Source of the DNA: a virus
Lineage: Duplodnaviria > Caudoviricetes
Reading direction: 5' to 3' (one strand)
IMG/VR virus record: IMGVR_UViG_3300027668_000016
Coordinates: 1,718-65,717 of that record
DNA length: 64,000 bases
The position numbers were made by a program, and so were the translations under genes. How positions within the stretch are numbered: position 1 is the stretch's first letter; every line of letters begins with the position of its first letter. Positions 30,601-40,365 of the stretch are shown piece by piece. The notes under the pieces were generated by a model that saw only the letters and a list, made by a program, of their open reading frames with translations, made no database searches and had not been told where the DNA came from.

Positions 30601-32432
30601 TAAAGAAGTTCGTTTGGCATACCATCATATGGATGCTCTTCCCTCGTATTTATTGAAGTTAGTGTTTTTACATAACTCCATGTAATATCGAAGTGATGTC
30701 CAATCATATCAATAAATAAAATATAATCTTTATTCAAAGGGTCTTCTACAATTGATGCTGGTATTGAATGTGTTAATCGTGCTTCATTCTCAGAATCAAA
30801 TAAACTAGCAGATGAAATTAACCCATTAAAGTAATTTTCACCGGTAGTAGAGGTGGTTGAATATGTTACGGTTGGGTAGGATGATACTTTAGGCCAAGCA
30901 TTAAATGTAAATGCGGATGAACTGTAATGTGTATATGTACTACCTGTTTCATAATACATCCACTTTTCCCAACCATCAAATCCACTGGATACATTATCTC
31001 TCCGTTGAATTGATTGGGATATGTTTGTTATTGCTTCTGAACCACTAACCGAACCTAAAGTTGTTATTCTAGCATTGTATGATTCTATTAACCCTAATTT
31101 ATATTTAAAATTATGAACACGCTCTTCTGCTGATGAATAGTTTACAAAGTTTTTAAAATCAGAATAATCTATATTAAGTGTAGTGTTACCGAATGATGAA
31201 CTAAGATACTTATCAACAATTTGTTGAGATGTTGATAGATTGGCATCTAATAACTCATTCCAATTTTTTAAATCTGTTCCTTGAGATTTACCGTAGTTAC
31301 CCATGTCTATCTTAAAGTTGGGTGGTGAGAAATCTAATGTTTCAACAGATTTGGTAAATGGGAAAACTGATACTCTATCAATATACGAATCGTGAACCAA
31401 TCGTGCTATTGTTGGGTTTAGTAACTGTTGAGTATCTTTTAAAGGTTTATATAATTTAACTACAACAGTTTTTAAATTATTAGTATTAGCTAATGATGCG
31501 TTATAATATCTTACCTTAGAAAAGTTTTTGATGGTCTGGTTAATAAAAGTACCATTCTCTGGTCCATTAAATTTCCTATCATTATCAGTTGCATCGTTAG
31601 TATAATAAATAATATCACCATTTGCATCTAATTCGGGCTCATATGAAAGTGTACCATTATCATTAACAATGTTGAATTTTGCAGCTCTACCAGTAGCTTC
31701 AGGTGGGTAGGATACATAAAGAATTTCTTTAGATGATTCCGCCGTTTCCGAAAATTCACCACCTGTGATAGAAGATTCACCTACAGAGTATTCATCCGAT
31801 ATCTCTACCCAAAATTTATCATCACCAAATAAAGGATAAAATGTTGTTTTCTTACCATCGAATCTTCCAATCGGATAATCTACATTCTTTACAATTTCAC
31901 CTACCTTTGGGTTGTTATTAAAATCAAACCCTACAATTGGTATTAGTTCGTTATTACCTAAGTTTAATACTAAATCATCGTTATAGTTTGATGATAAATT
32001 TGATTGTATATATTGATATAAATCACTAAAAGTTTCACTATTAGAGATTGTTAATTCCAACTCAGTTGAATCGGATGATATCCTATTTATATTTAATTTA
32101 TCAGTTAAAGTGTTAATAAAATTATATAGAATACTATAATAACCACTTTTTGCTCCTGCTAATCTTACATCTAATTCAGGCTTTACTAATATATTATATG
32201 GTATTTTTTCTCCAGATAGTTCGTATTCAATATCAGTTTGTTGAGATTGTACTAACGAATCAGCTGAATATAAATGTGATTCAATCTTTGAATTCTTTAG
32301 TAAATCTTCTGAGATATCTAATATATCAGTAGGTATCTTAGTAATATCAGCTGCAGAATATATTGCAGTATTTTCTACTGGCCCCTTTGAGGTTTTTAAT
32401 ATATTTTTATTTTCAAATCTATCTATTGCCAT
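27624..32432 (-). CDS. Large baseplate wedge-type structural protein
   Basis: 1602 aa; FIDMIGHHFD and YLLKSKGS.RAVKALI..YG (gp7-like wedge motif); close to gp6. Confidence 0.7.
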   Translation of the reverse strand: MAIDRFENKNILKTSKGPVENTAIYSAADITKIPTDILDISEDLLKNSKIESHLYSADSLVQSQQTDIEYELSGEKIPYNILVKPELDVRLAGAKSGYYSILYNFINTLTDKLNINRISSDSTELELTISNSETFSDLYQYIQSNLSSNYNDDLVLNLGNNELIPIVGFDFNNNPKVGEIVKNVDYPIGRFDGKKTTFYPLFGDDKFWVEISDEYSVGESSITGGEFSETAESSKEILYVSYPPEATGRAAKFNIVNDNGTLSYEPELDANGDIIYYTNDATDNDRKFNGPENGTFINQTIKNFSKVRYYNASLANTNNLKTVVVKLYKPLKDTQQLLNPTIARLVHDSYIDRVSVFPFTKSVETLDFSPPNFKIDMGNYGKSQGTDLKNWNELLDANLSTSQQIVDKYLSSSFGNTTLNIDYSDFKNFVNYSSAEERVHNFKYKLGLIESYNARITTLGSVSGSEAITNISQSIQRRDNVSSGFDGWEKWMYYETGSTYTHYSSSAFTFNAWPKVSSYPTVTYSTTSTTGENYFNGLISSASLFDSENEARLTHSIPASIVEDPLNKDYILFIDMIGHHFDITWSYVKTLTSINTREEHPYDGMPNELLYDVAKSMGWKLTHGKDTSNLWDYALGTNQEGVPAQSGSLKSKSHEQINYEVWRRVVNNIPYLLKSKGSARAVKALIATYGIPQTFLSIKEYGGPMVEDVRPIWEHDKFVYHLRFDTDNYITLPWDKITDVDSTTYSVNDPNPVDTIEIQIQQNLSRTTAVLNKGLDFGVVLEPNSSRAGRGNIHFFLSGSAGYKSASINDVMVFDSTMSTLLVQRESSVDDITADNTYKIQYRRSRKDDIITNKSASISVDGSTESSYNAAWTGSDNLTIGKDLPTATGLTLWNAAEYLSGSIQEIRYWANPLKDIVVDEHTLSRETYHGNSATSSYFDLKFRFIPDSQLKSVTSAYSIVSSHPNRNILTSENGSPLTASLFNFEADDLRGVTEEYYTKVPSAGANNIMNNKVRIEQSSLNGVLDSDKKKEKSQYDTSPVDSNQVGVYLSATKMYNEDIYNHTGYFEIDDYIGNPDRREGLNEQNEELDYLRRNVFKKYTSKNLINTVINILARYDQSVFEQIRQTMPARVDYNSGILIEPHILERPKFKSKTNVTYTQPHYDVTLKQYEKTLTSDYNEYSVVIDEVVKVPITKHLQQHEALVLEPLKLPTVTYNDYNFTLTPIDTDTVVSTKDNLESIGNPQIKDMYAPSIYKYTILVATSSATNIGYGAGWKAETNGYWNYNVTSSTAINAKPSKYAKTKVLFYSTRLSASLGLPSSSSLVPSSVSSDEKSFAMENLTFFGCKMTSDSLTTNSPDTPDGKPVIEIFAADANVLIYTSTTAAGGNLSVGSLTNQPATFIDLQELYVWEFVKHQLLKEYNDEKAAFRQRIGKLVSIENTRRAEFTSRIKTDEIRREYEDLRRVEFDTVNKGLDTFDENDEERDRIEQEERDRIEQTEIGNLGNTDQSVVTNDKPLPKFMGNQQTNRFKESIEFINMKFDEDEKNKYFKSMAITDDRQTELLLLEYAFNTAPEGPIKFISNSTTDPLLISEANSIALVYEMAK

Positions 32433-32448
32433 ATTATCTTTTATTATA

Positions 32449-33429
32449 TCAATTAGATATTAATTCAATATCCCAAAAACTACTATCTACCAAATACCCA
32501 ACCTCAACGTTATCAGAAGTCCCACATGAACCAGCTACCTGCCACTCATCAAACTCTTTCATATCTTTGTTTAGGATTGTGATTGTCTGACTGTGATTGA
32601 ACCCATTATTTTTAGGTGGTCGAAGGGTAACAGCTCTACCAGATGTGGAAGTTTGGATAGAAGGACCAACATTATCTGAAACGGTTTGTTGACTACCAAA
32701 TGTAACAGTCGAAGTATCTGTTGATGATTTTCTGATTCGTTGGAATCGAGTATCTATACCAACAGGAAAAAATATAACACGCCGCTCACGAGGTGTTTTG
32801 CCAAAGTTAGCCCAATGGACTTTTGCAGCTCCCAGGGTTTGGTTAGTATATTTACCGTTAGTGTTACGATTCCCAAAAGCTGCTCGCAAATCAGAATATC
32901 GGTCTAGGTAATTTGCTGCGGAGCTATTGGCCAATGCGGAGGGTCGAGATACTTCTCTTTTATCGAATGAGCGAATTTGGTACGTTAGTTTTAAATCGTT
33001 ACCACTATCTATCAACTCTTTTGTAATAGTATATCTACCTGCTGATGTTTGTGGTGGTCCGTATACAACTTTACTGAACCCTAAGTTTGTACTACCATAT
33101 GGTCTTGTGGTAGATTCATAGCTTTGGTTATATGAATAAAACTTTTTATCATTTGGAGGTAACTCATATCTAGCGCTGAATTCATCTTTGAATCCTGTAA
33201 AGTTTCTTAAATCCAATTTCTCTTCATTAATAATTGTAAGTTCAAGTGATGGTCCTACGTTTACTAACTCAGTTGGAGGTATATATAAAACTTTGTTAAA
33301 CGCATCTTTACCATAAACAGTTTTAGATGCTGCAAGTTTAACCGTACCATACGAATCAGTTCCATTTGGGTCTAACGTATATGATACTATTTGTTTAGAT
33401 GTATTTCTTTTTACTTTTCTATCCACCAT
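32449..33429 (-). CDS. Hypothetical structural-region protein with an inserted YxDL repeat
   Basis: Translationally coupled to the upstream gene; internal YLDRYSDLRAAFG...HWANFG..ERR module. Confidence 0.6.
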   Translation of the reverse strand: MVDRKVKRNTSKQIVSYTLDPNGTDSYGTVKLAASKTVYGKDAFNKVLYIPPTELVNVGPSLELTIINEEKLDLRNFTGFKDEFSARYELPPNDKKFYSYNQSYESTTRPYGSTNLGFSKVVYGPPQTSAGRYTITKELIDSGNDLKLTYQIRSFDKREVSRPSALANSSAANYLDRYSDLRAAFGNRNTNGKYTNQTLGAAKVHWANFGKTPRERRVIFFPVGIDTRFQRIRKSSTDTSTVTFGSQQTVSDNVGPSIQTSTSGRAVTLRPPKNNGFNHSQTITILNKDMKEFDEWQVAGSCGTSDNVEVGYLVDSSFWDIELISN

Positions 33430-34523
33430 TACCTAACCACTTTAAATACATAACCATCAAAATACTCTTGTCTACTATCTCTATCAACTCTAAATTCAAA
33501 CTGATAGAATCGTTCAGGTTGAAGTGTATTAAACCAAAAATCAAAATAGTTACCATTCGAATCACAACTAATTTTAGTATAAGTTGTATCGAATGGTGCT
33601 AACACTAAATTGGTCTCAACATCTCTAACCTGATAATAAGTATTTTGAGGAAGAGATTTAACATCATTATATAGAGAAGAAGTTGAAAAAGTTCTTTGTG
33701 GAAATCTTTGCCTACCCACTACTCTTATTCTTGATTTTGAATTTTCCTTATATTCTGCCATTAAATTCTTTGGGTATATTAAAATATCATCACCTGTTAA
33801 TGATGATAACGACCCAGTAACATATGCTGAATCATCCCATCTGACTTCTAATGTTGGAACATATATTGTATGTGTTTCGTTTGAGAAGAATTTAGATGAG
33901 CCATATCTGGTAGAACCACTCTCTTCTAATAATGGTCGTTTTACAATAAACCCATTGTTGTATCTTGAACCACTCATCCAATCTTTAACATACTCAGTAA
34001 CTTCTACTTTTAAGTCATTTGTGTATTTGTTAAAGGTTTGTGAGTATGCTGTGTTATTTGCCGATGCAGTATACCAAGTACCACCACCATCATTATGTAT
34101 GTATGAACCAGTCGTTCCACTTGCAAATGAACCTGTTGTCCATAATGAACTATTTCTATATTGCCAGCTTACACCATCCGTTTGAATTGGTGAATCATAA
34201 AATTGACCTTTACCTTCTGTCCAACTTTGTGAAACGGGATATATATCTAACTGATATTCAGATTGTACTCCAACTTGTTCAGTAGATGTGAGGTTTAAAT
34301 AAAATTTACAATTAGATGAAATCTCACCTGCTGATATTGATGCTGATAATGATGTGATATTAAATTGTGTTAACACCCTACTGTTACCTATTAGAATACT
34401 ATCAGTATCAGTATCGTAAAATTTAGTTACTTCTAATATTTCATCACCACCAGCATTCTGTGCTCTTAATGCGTCTTGTTCGTATATTGTAGAATCCTTT
34501 TGTCCGTATATTCTATATATCAT
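33429..34523 (-). CDS. Virion structural protein (DNRLRE-like beta-sandwich)
   Basis: KDSTIYE..NAGGDEILE, SRVL.QF, PVSQSWTE, GVSW, VTEYVKDW...NNGFIVK..FFSNE..PTLEV.W. Confidence 0.7.
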   Translation of the reverse strand: MIYRIYGQKDSTIYEQDALRAQNAGGDEILEVTKFYDTDTDSILIGNSRVLTQFNITSLSASISAGEISSNCKFYLNLTSTEQVGVQSEYQLDIYPVSQSWTEGKGQFYDSPIQTDGVSWQYRNSSLWTTGSFASGTTGSYIHNDGGGTWYTASANNTAYSQTFNKYTNDLKVEVTEYVKDWMSGSRYNNGFIVKRPLLEESGSTRYGSSKFFSNETHTIYVPTLEVRWDDSAYVTGSLSSLTGDDILIYPKNLMAEYKENSKSRIRVVGRQRFPQRTFSTSSLYNDVKSLPQNTYYQVRDVETNLVLAPFDTTYTKISCDSNGNYFDFWFNTLQPERFYQFEFRVDRDSRQEYFDGYVFKVVR

Positions 34524-34534
34524 TGTTTATCTCC

Positions 34535-36475
34535 TTAGAATGATTGAGTTATCACTTTACCTTTTATATCCAAATTAGGAAATTTAACTTCAAATATTGA
34601 TGAATCTTTAGGTGGAAAAATTACACCCATTTTGGTAGCATTGTTAATGCTATATTTGTTAGGTGAATAATTACCATTATATTTATTAGTTATCTGTAAT
34701 CCACCTACTCCCTGTGCATCTGGTCGAGGTACTGTTTGAACTCCTTGAATACCATCTAATAATACATATATTTGAGATAATGTTATAGGTTGGTTTATAC
34801 TCCAATTATCAATATTAAAATAATCTTTTAATGCTGCTATACATCTTAATAACGTTTCGTTTGAATTAGCATCTGGTAAAACTATGATATCAAATTGAAT
34901 TGCTATGTTAACAATAAATGCATCTTTGATGTTAACTGCATCAGTTAACATTCTATAATATGAAATATATGTTTTAAGATTAGTTTTAGTTGCGTTGTTT
35001 AACTGAGTTAACTTTTTGTTATTATCATAACCCAATGTATATAAATTTAATGCTAGTGGATTTGGAATCTCAGTTGATACTACATTCCCATCTACCTTTT
35101 TGTTTTCTATTTGATAATCTTGTAGTATGTATGCTTTTGCTACCGAACCGAATTGTGGTGGTAATGCGTAACATCTCATAATGTAATCTTCTCTACTTAC
35201 AGTTCTATTTTGAGCTGCAAAGTATGCCATTGCATTGTTACGAATCTCATCATCCGTTTCTTTACTCCTACCACCAACTGCAGGAGTTGGATTTGTAACT
35301 GCTAATGAATTTTGTGAGAATCGTAAAGTATCTTGATTTAAATTTAATGTGTTATCATTCTCAAATATTCTACCAGTTATGTTAATTAAATCTTTAGCAG
35401 GTACATTATCTTTAATTCCATTACCAACGAAATATTCAACTGTTAAAGTTGTATTGGATGGTGCTACTCCGTATGTTTTTGTATATAGAAAGTTTGATGG
35501 GTCGATACCCTGGTCTAAAGATGCGTTAGCGGTGTATAGTGCTGAACCAACATTATCGGGATTAGGGATTATTTCTTCATCAGCGTTTGATGATATACCA
35601 GCTCCAAACTGAATTGATAAATTACTTTCATCTTCAAATTTAGTAATGAATCTTTTAGGAACTCTATTTAGTTGTAACAAATATGGAGTTTCGCCTGCAT
35701 GTTGTGAAAAATCTAATGTATTGTCTTGATTATTTTCAATTTGTTCAAATACAGTATCTTGTGCTAAGAATGGAACTTCAGTCCATATATCACCATCTTC
35801 ATCTTTTATAGATTTTATTTTTATTATGCTTGAATCGGTTATCCGTATCTTATCATAAATTTTGGCCGTTCCGAATGTAAATGTTTGTGTCTTTACAGTA
35901 CCACTTGTAGCCTTTACTTGTTTTTTAAGTAAATAGTATATTGGTTCATTTGTAGTCTCATTAATACTGTATACCGAAACTTCGGTTGTATTAAAAGATG
36001 ATGAAAATTGAAAGTCAATATCAGTTGTTGTTCTAAATTCAACATCTTGAAATTCATCAGAACCAACACTCATATTTCTTGCAACCTTTAACCCATAATC
36101 GTAATCGGGTCTTACATTATCAGCTGTACCTTTAGATGGTACTAATTGAAACACATCTAATGTTACCGTTGATGGTACTATATTTTTAGGTTTATATCCA
36201 TAAGTTGCAGCGAGATTAAATAGGTTTGCTTTCTCTTCTGCATTTATAAGTAAGGATTCTCTTAGTTGAGTATCTGTATAAAATGATAGAACATCACCAA
36301 CATACGATGCCATCTCAATGAACATCATACCAGGAGATGATTCGTTAAAATCATTAAATGTATTTGGGAAATAGTTTTTAGAAAACTCAATTAAGTTTTT
36401 TCGTAATTGACCAAAATCCTTTCCAACTAAGGAAACATCTTTTCTTACTAAATCTGTTTTATTTGTCTTTGCCAT
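34535..36475 (-). CDS. Baseplate wedge subunit (T4 gp6-like)
   Basis: DFNESSPGMMFIEMASYVGDVLSFY, GYKP, IQFGAG, AVGGRSKET..EIR, AQNRTVSREDY. Confidence 0.92.
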   Translation of the reverse strand: MAKTNKTDLVRKDVSLVGKDFGQLRKNLIEFSKNYFPNTFNDFNESSPGMMFIEMASYVGDVLSFYTDTQLRESLLINAEEKANLFNLAATYGYKPKNIVPSTVTLDVFQLVPSKGTADNVRPDYDYGLKVARNMSVGSDEFQDVEFRTTTDIDFQFSSSFNTTEVSVYSINETTNEPIYYLLKKQVKATSGTVKTQTFTFGTAKIYDKIRITDSSIIKIKSIKDEDGDIWTEVPFLAQDTVFEQIENNQDNTLDFSQHAGETPYLLQLNRVPKRFITKFEDESNLSIQFGAGISSNADEEIIPNPDNVGSALYTANASLDQGIDPSNFLYTKTYGVAPSNTTLTVEYFVGNGIKDNVPAKDLINITGRIFENDNTLNLNQDTLRFSQNSLAVTNPTPAVGGRSKETDDEIRNNAMAYFAAQNRTVSREDYIMRCYALPPQFGSVAKAYILQDYQIENKKVDGNVVSTEIPNPLALNLYTLGYDNNKKLTQLNNATKTNLKTYISYYRMLTDAVNIKDAFIVNIAIQFDIIVLPDANSNETLLRCIAALKDYFNIDNWSINQPITLSQIYVLLDGIQGVQTVPRPDAQGVGGLQITNKYNGNYSPNKYSINNATKMGVIFPPKDSSIFEVKFPNLDIKGKVITQSF

Positions 36476-36484
36476 TTATAACCC

Positions 36485-36922
36485 TTATTCTATTGTAGTT
36501 GTTCCAGCCGAATCTACAAATATTGTTATTTGTTGATTAGCCCCTTGCTCTGTAACTTTGAAATCTAATGATATGTTTACATGATTTCTATCAAAATCAG
36601 GGGTTACCGTAAGTTTATCAATTACTATGTATGGTAACCAATACCCAATATCTTCACGTAGTTGTTCATCTAAGGCGGTGCTTAAATCACCATCCATCTG
36701 TTCAAACATAAGAGAATAAACTGATGAACCAAATTCAGGTTGAAATAACCGTTCACCCTTTCTGGTTAATAATAAATTCTTTAAATTAGATATTGATTGT
36801 TCCTCAGTTGTATAACTTAAAGAAAATAATCCTTTGTTCTTACCAAATGGTAATGTTATACCAACTGCTACATCTTTTTCAAAATCTAGTGGGTTGTAAA
36901 AGTTTTCTTTTCTTTGAGCCAT
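36485..36922 (-). CDS. Baseplate wedge subunit (T4 gp25-like)
   Basis: NLKNLLLTRKGERLFQPEFGS..LMFE..WLP. Confidence 0.93.
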   Translation of the reverse strand: MAQRKENFYNPLDFEKDVAVGITLPFGKNKGLFSLSYTTEEQSISNLKNLLLTRKGERLFQPEFGSSVYSLMFEQMDGDLSTALDEQLREDIGYWLPYIVIDKLTVTPDFDRNHVNISLDFKVTEQGANQQITIFVDSAGTTTIE

Positions 36923-36925
36923 TTG

Positions 36926-37423
36926 TTACTTTCCTTTTTTAGCGTTAATGGTTTTCATTAATTCTGAATAATCTTTAGTTAATGCTGCTCCTACTGCTGC
37001 AACTTGCTCATTGTTAGTATCAACCGGTCTTCCATCTATATCAGTAGTTGGCATCATATTCGATTGACCATCTCCATACCCAATTGCATCTGCCATACCG
37101 GCTCTATTAAATCCTTGTGCTTGGTTTGCTCCGAATTGACCATCCATATTTCTCCACTCACCATCATTGGCGGTTTCATTTAATATAGAATTTAAAGTTG
37201 GATTTTTTGTAAACTCTTGAGTTGGGTTAACCTTTGAGGTATTCGCTCTAGATTCTTCCAATACATCAGAAATATCTAATGGGTCTTTTTGTTTAGGTTT
37301 GCGTACTTCTTTGATAATTGGTTTAGAACTTTTTCTAACCTCTTTTAAAATCGGTTTAAGTTCTTCTTTAACTACCTTTCGTACAATCAATTCTAATAGT
37401 GTTGCTAAGTCTTTTGCTTTCAT
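36926..37423 (-). CDS. Conserved hypothetical late protein
   Basis: IVRKVVKEEL...ILNETA...LTKDYSELMK; preceded by the ATATTTAT motif. Confidence 0.6.
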   Translation of the reverse strand: MKAKDLATLLELIVRKVVKEELKPILKEVRKSSKPIIKEVRKPKQKDPLDISDVLEESRANTSKVNPTQEFTKNPTLNSILNETANDGEWRNMDGQFGANQAQGFNRAGMADAIGYGDGQSNMMPTTDIDGRPVDTNNEQVAAVGAALTKDYSELMKTINAKKGK

Positions 37424-37462
37424 TGTGTTTCTATTTGTATATAAATATTAAAGTCTTTTGTT

Positions 37463-38032
37463 TTATGATACCCCAACCCAAGGAAAAGGTGGGCCTGGTA
37501 TTGGTGATGGTACTGATGGGATTAATCCATTATATAATCCGTTTACAGTTAGTAGATGTGTTGTGAATGCTGATATCAATTTACCACATATAATATTACC
37601 CATCGGTGTTGGTGCTGGTGGATTGTTAAATGCGTTCCATAATCCTACATCTAATGGGGATGGAGTTCCACCTGTTAGAACTGTAACACCTGATGTTGGT
37701 GATATATATCCTGGTGGTGGTGGCATTGGTGTCCATGTAACACTTGCCCAATATTTTACAATCTCAGTTGCCCATTTTAAAAACATAGGTGGAGTTGGTG
37801 GTCCTTCGGAATCTTTTATCTGATTGAAGGTATCCAATATAGCATCTTCAATTGGTTTAGTTGGTGGTGCTGATATGATTGCTGAGCCTGGAATCAATGT
37901 AATCATTCCACTAGCAACCGATATCCCATATGAATCTGCTATAATCTTAGCAGTATCTGCTTCTGTCTTTTCTATTGGTGCATCTAAGTAAGGTGCAACC
38001 GTTGATTGGAATGATGGGAATAATACAGGCAT
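37463..38032 (-). CDS. Proline-rich baseplate spike-associated protein
   Basis: Directly downstream of the gp5-like gene; Pro-rich. Confidence 0.55.
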   Translation of the reverse strand: MPVLFPSFQSTVAPYLDAPIEKTEADTAKIIADSYGISVASGMITLIPGSAIISAPPTKPIEDAILDTFNQIKDSEGPPTPPMFLKWATEIVKYWASVTWTPMPPPPGYISPTSGVTVLTGGTPSPLDVGLWNAFNNPPAPTPMGNIICGKLISAFTTHLLTVNGLYNGLIPSVPSPIPGPPFPWVGVS

Positions 38033-39016
38033 TTATTGAGCCATTAATTTTAAATCGGTTAATAATTTCTGAACATCTGCTACGTTTGTAGCAGGGCCTG
38101 TTGGACCTACACCTGTTGCAAATGTTGCAGTCCCAGCGGTTAAATCCGCTAGCTGTTGAATTAATGATTCTAATAGTGTAAACATCTTGTCCATATCCAT
38201 TGCCCATGCGGGTGTTGCTATATTTACGGATTTAGCCCCACTAAGTATAATGTAATCAGATTTTGAATTAAGAATAATTCTATCTGAATTAACTATTGTA
38301 GATGGTTTATCAAAATTAGATTGTGGTGTTAACCCAGTTCCTATATTTTTTTGAGATGTTGTTAGTTTAACTTTTTGAGATGAGGTTAACCATATAGATG
38401 ATAAATCTTCATCCACATTTTCTATAATAAATTTATTATAAGAACCAGCTGATTTTCTTCCATTTGATAATATCGTTATTGGGTCTTCGGGTGTTGATGA
38501 ATTCCAAGATGGGTCTTCTGTTGTATCAGCTCCCTCAGGAGAGTACCCAAATCTAAGAGAGTGTCCAAACCTACCTTCTATAAGTAAATCACCTAAGAAT
38601 GGTTGTAATGAACCTACATCATCTCGTTCAACAAACCCATCACCTAAATCTACTGAAGAATCACCACCCTCTGTATTTGGATTACCTGCAGATGTTGAAC
38701 TGTAATCACCACCCTGTGTAGTTATTGGAACTCCGGCAACCGATGGTAATGCGTTATGATGAATATTTTGTTGAATTGATATTACATCAATATAATATAA
38801 TCTAGATACCGTTTTTGTACTAGAACCTTCTGCTAATGTTGCTGGTACAATGATAACGGATTCACCAATTATAGGAACTCTTTTAATATTAGTATTAAGT
38901 GCGTAAGCTATAGCTACTTGATTGTTAGGTGTTAATCTTACCTTTACAGCATAAGTTGTTTCAAAATTATCATCAGTTAAATTAATAGCAATTACTTCTC
39001 CAGATTGTATAACCAT
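38033..39016 (-). CDS. Baseplate hub/central spike (gp5-like, no lysozyme domain)
   Basis: N-terminal OB-like P.IGESV, GDLLIEGRFGHSLRFG, beta-repeat NSDRIILNSK, C-terminal TGVGPTGP. Confidence 0.7.
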   Translation of the reverse strand: MVIQSGEVIAINLTDDNFETTYAVKVRLTPNNQVAIAYALNTNIKRVPIIGESVIIVPATLAEGSSTKTVSRLYYIDVISIQQNIHHNALPSVAGVPITTQGGDYSSTSAGNPNTEGGDSSVDLGDGFVERDDVGSLQPFLGDLLIEGRFGHSLRFGYSPEGADTTEDPSWNSSTPEDPITILSNGRKSAGSYNKFIIENVDEDLSSIWLTSSQKVKLTTSQKNIGTGLTPQSNFDKPSTIVNSDRIILNSKSDYIILSGAKSVNIATPAWAMDMDKMFTLLESLIQQLADLTAGTATFATGVGPTGPATNVADVQKLLTDLKLMAQ

Positions 39017-39381
39017 TATAAATCTCCCTCTTCTACCATCGTATCAATTTTAGCATCGATTGCTTCAGCGTTTGCCATTAATTGTTTTTTCTCATCTTCA
39101 GTCAAACCTAAACCACCACCATCTTCTGAGTTTGCATCTTTCATCATACGTTGAACGATAGCTGCAAGTTTTACTATTTGGTCATCATTTTTAACTGATA
39201 CATCCATATATTCCTTAATTAAAGGAACTACAACAGTAGCATCATTTATATTAGTAACCAATGGTTCTAATTGAGCGATAAGAAGTTTAATCTGCTTATC
39301 CTTCTTTTTTGAATTATGATAAACATCCGACATTATATCTGCAAATGTTTTACCTTTAAATAATTCACTATCTTTATCCAT
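39016..39381 (-). CDS. Conserved hypothetical helical protein
   Basis: Likely start MDKDSELF at 39381 with an AGGAGA ribosome-binding site upstream. Confidence 0.6.
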   Translation of the reverse strand: MDKDSELFKGKTFADIMSDVYHNSKKKDKQIKLLIAQLEPLVTNINDATVVVPLIKEYMDVSVKNDDQIVKLAAIVQRMMKDANSEDGGGLGLTEDEKKQLMANAEAIDAKIDTMVEEGDL

Positions 39382-40096
39382 AGTTCTCCTGTAATTGGTA
39401 ATGTATCGATAAGAATCCCGTCGTATTATATTCACTATACAATTCAATATATAAACGTTTCATCTTATTTATTACTTTTGTAATATATTGTGTATCCACT
39501 CCAGTTCTTTCTCTAATAAGTATGTAAAGTGCTTTCTTATTGTAAGAATATAAATCAGTACGAGTTCTAAATAATTCATTTACGCTATCGGCTATTGACC
39601 TATCTCTATCTTTTAAAAATAAATCGTATAGATGTAAATCAATATACCTAACATATTGGTCCATAAAATCTGATTTGGATTCCCTAACATTATCTAAAGC
39701 TAACTCATTTGAAATATCTCTATTTAAATCTATTGCTGATACTTCTGCTTTAGATTTCAATCTAGCATAGTTAGCATTATTCTCATTGAATAAATAATTA
39801 CGAGCTACAACTGTAAAGTATGAAAATGCTCTACCATTATCACCATTGAACCTATCAATCTTTTCATTTAAGAATGCTACTACGTTTGCTTTAATATCCT
39901 CATATGGTTCTTGAAAATAGTAAGTCTTATAAGTATGGATTACGTTCTCTGATAATTTATCAAATGGGTAATGTATGAACCTATTGTATATTTTATTTTT
40001 AAGTCTATCATCATCACAGTTATTATATGCATTGATAGCCATCTCAGTTATTTGCGTAAAATATCGTTTACTTCTCTTCTTTCTCGGTTTCGCCAT
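39374..40096 (-). CDS. Phage sigma factor (T4 gp55-like, late transcription)
   Basis: Region-2-like segment FLNEKIDRFNGDNGRAFSYFTVVARNYL. Confidence 0.72.
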   Translation of the reverse strand: MAKPRKKRSKRYFTQITEMAINAYNNCDDDRLKNKIYNRFIHYPFDKLSENVIHTYKTYYFQEPYEDIKANVVAFLNEKIDRFNGDNGRAFSYFTVVARNYLFNENNANYARLKSKAEVSAIDLNRDISNELALDNVRESKSDFMDQYVRYIDLHLYDLFLKDRDRSIADSVNELFRTRTDLYSYNKKALYILIRERTGVDTQYITKVINKMKRLYIELYSEYNTTGFLSIHYQLQENYG

Positions 40097-40364
40097 CTAA
40101 ATTATATTCGTTATTTAATTGTTCTATTGCTTCCTTTATCTGTTCAAAGATATACCCACTTTCATCATCGGATTGAAATGAACCCAATCTATCGATAGAT
40201 TTCATTCTTAATAAAGCCTTCTGCATTGATGTGTATACCTTCTCAATTATGTTATCAGTATATTCAAATTCCCTCTCTAATATTTCATACTTCCGTAATG
40301 AGTTCCATAGAGCGTAACCTAATACTGTAACTAAAATGAGTAATGTAATTATTATATATTCCAT
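40068..40364 (-). CDS. Small membrane protein
   Basis: N-terminal TM helix starting MEYIIITLL, then a coiled coil with GSFQSDDESG. Confidence 0.6.
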   Translation of the reverse strand: MEYIIITLLILVTVLGYALWNSLRKYEILEREFEYTDNIIEKVYTSMQKALLRMKSIDRLGSFQSDDESGYIFEQIKEAIEQLNNEYNLDGETEKEEK

Positions 40365-40365
40365 A

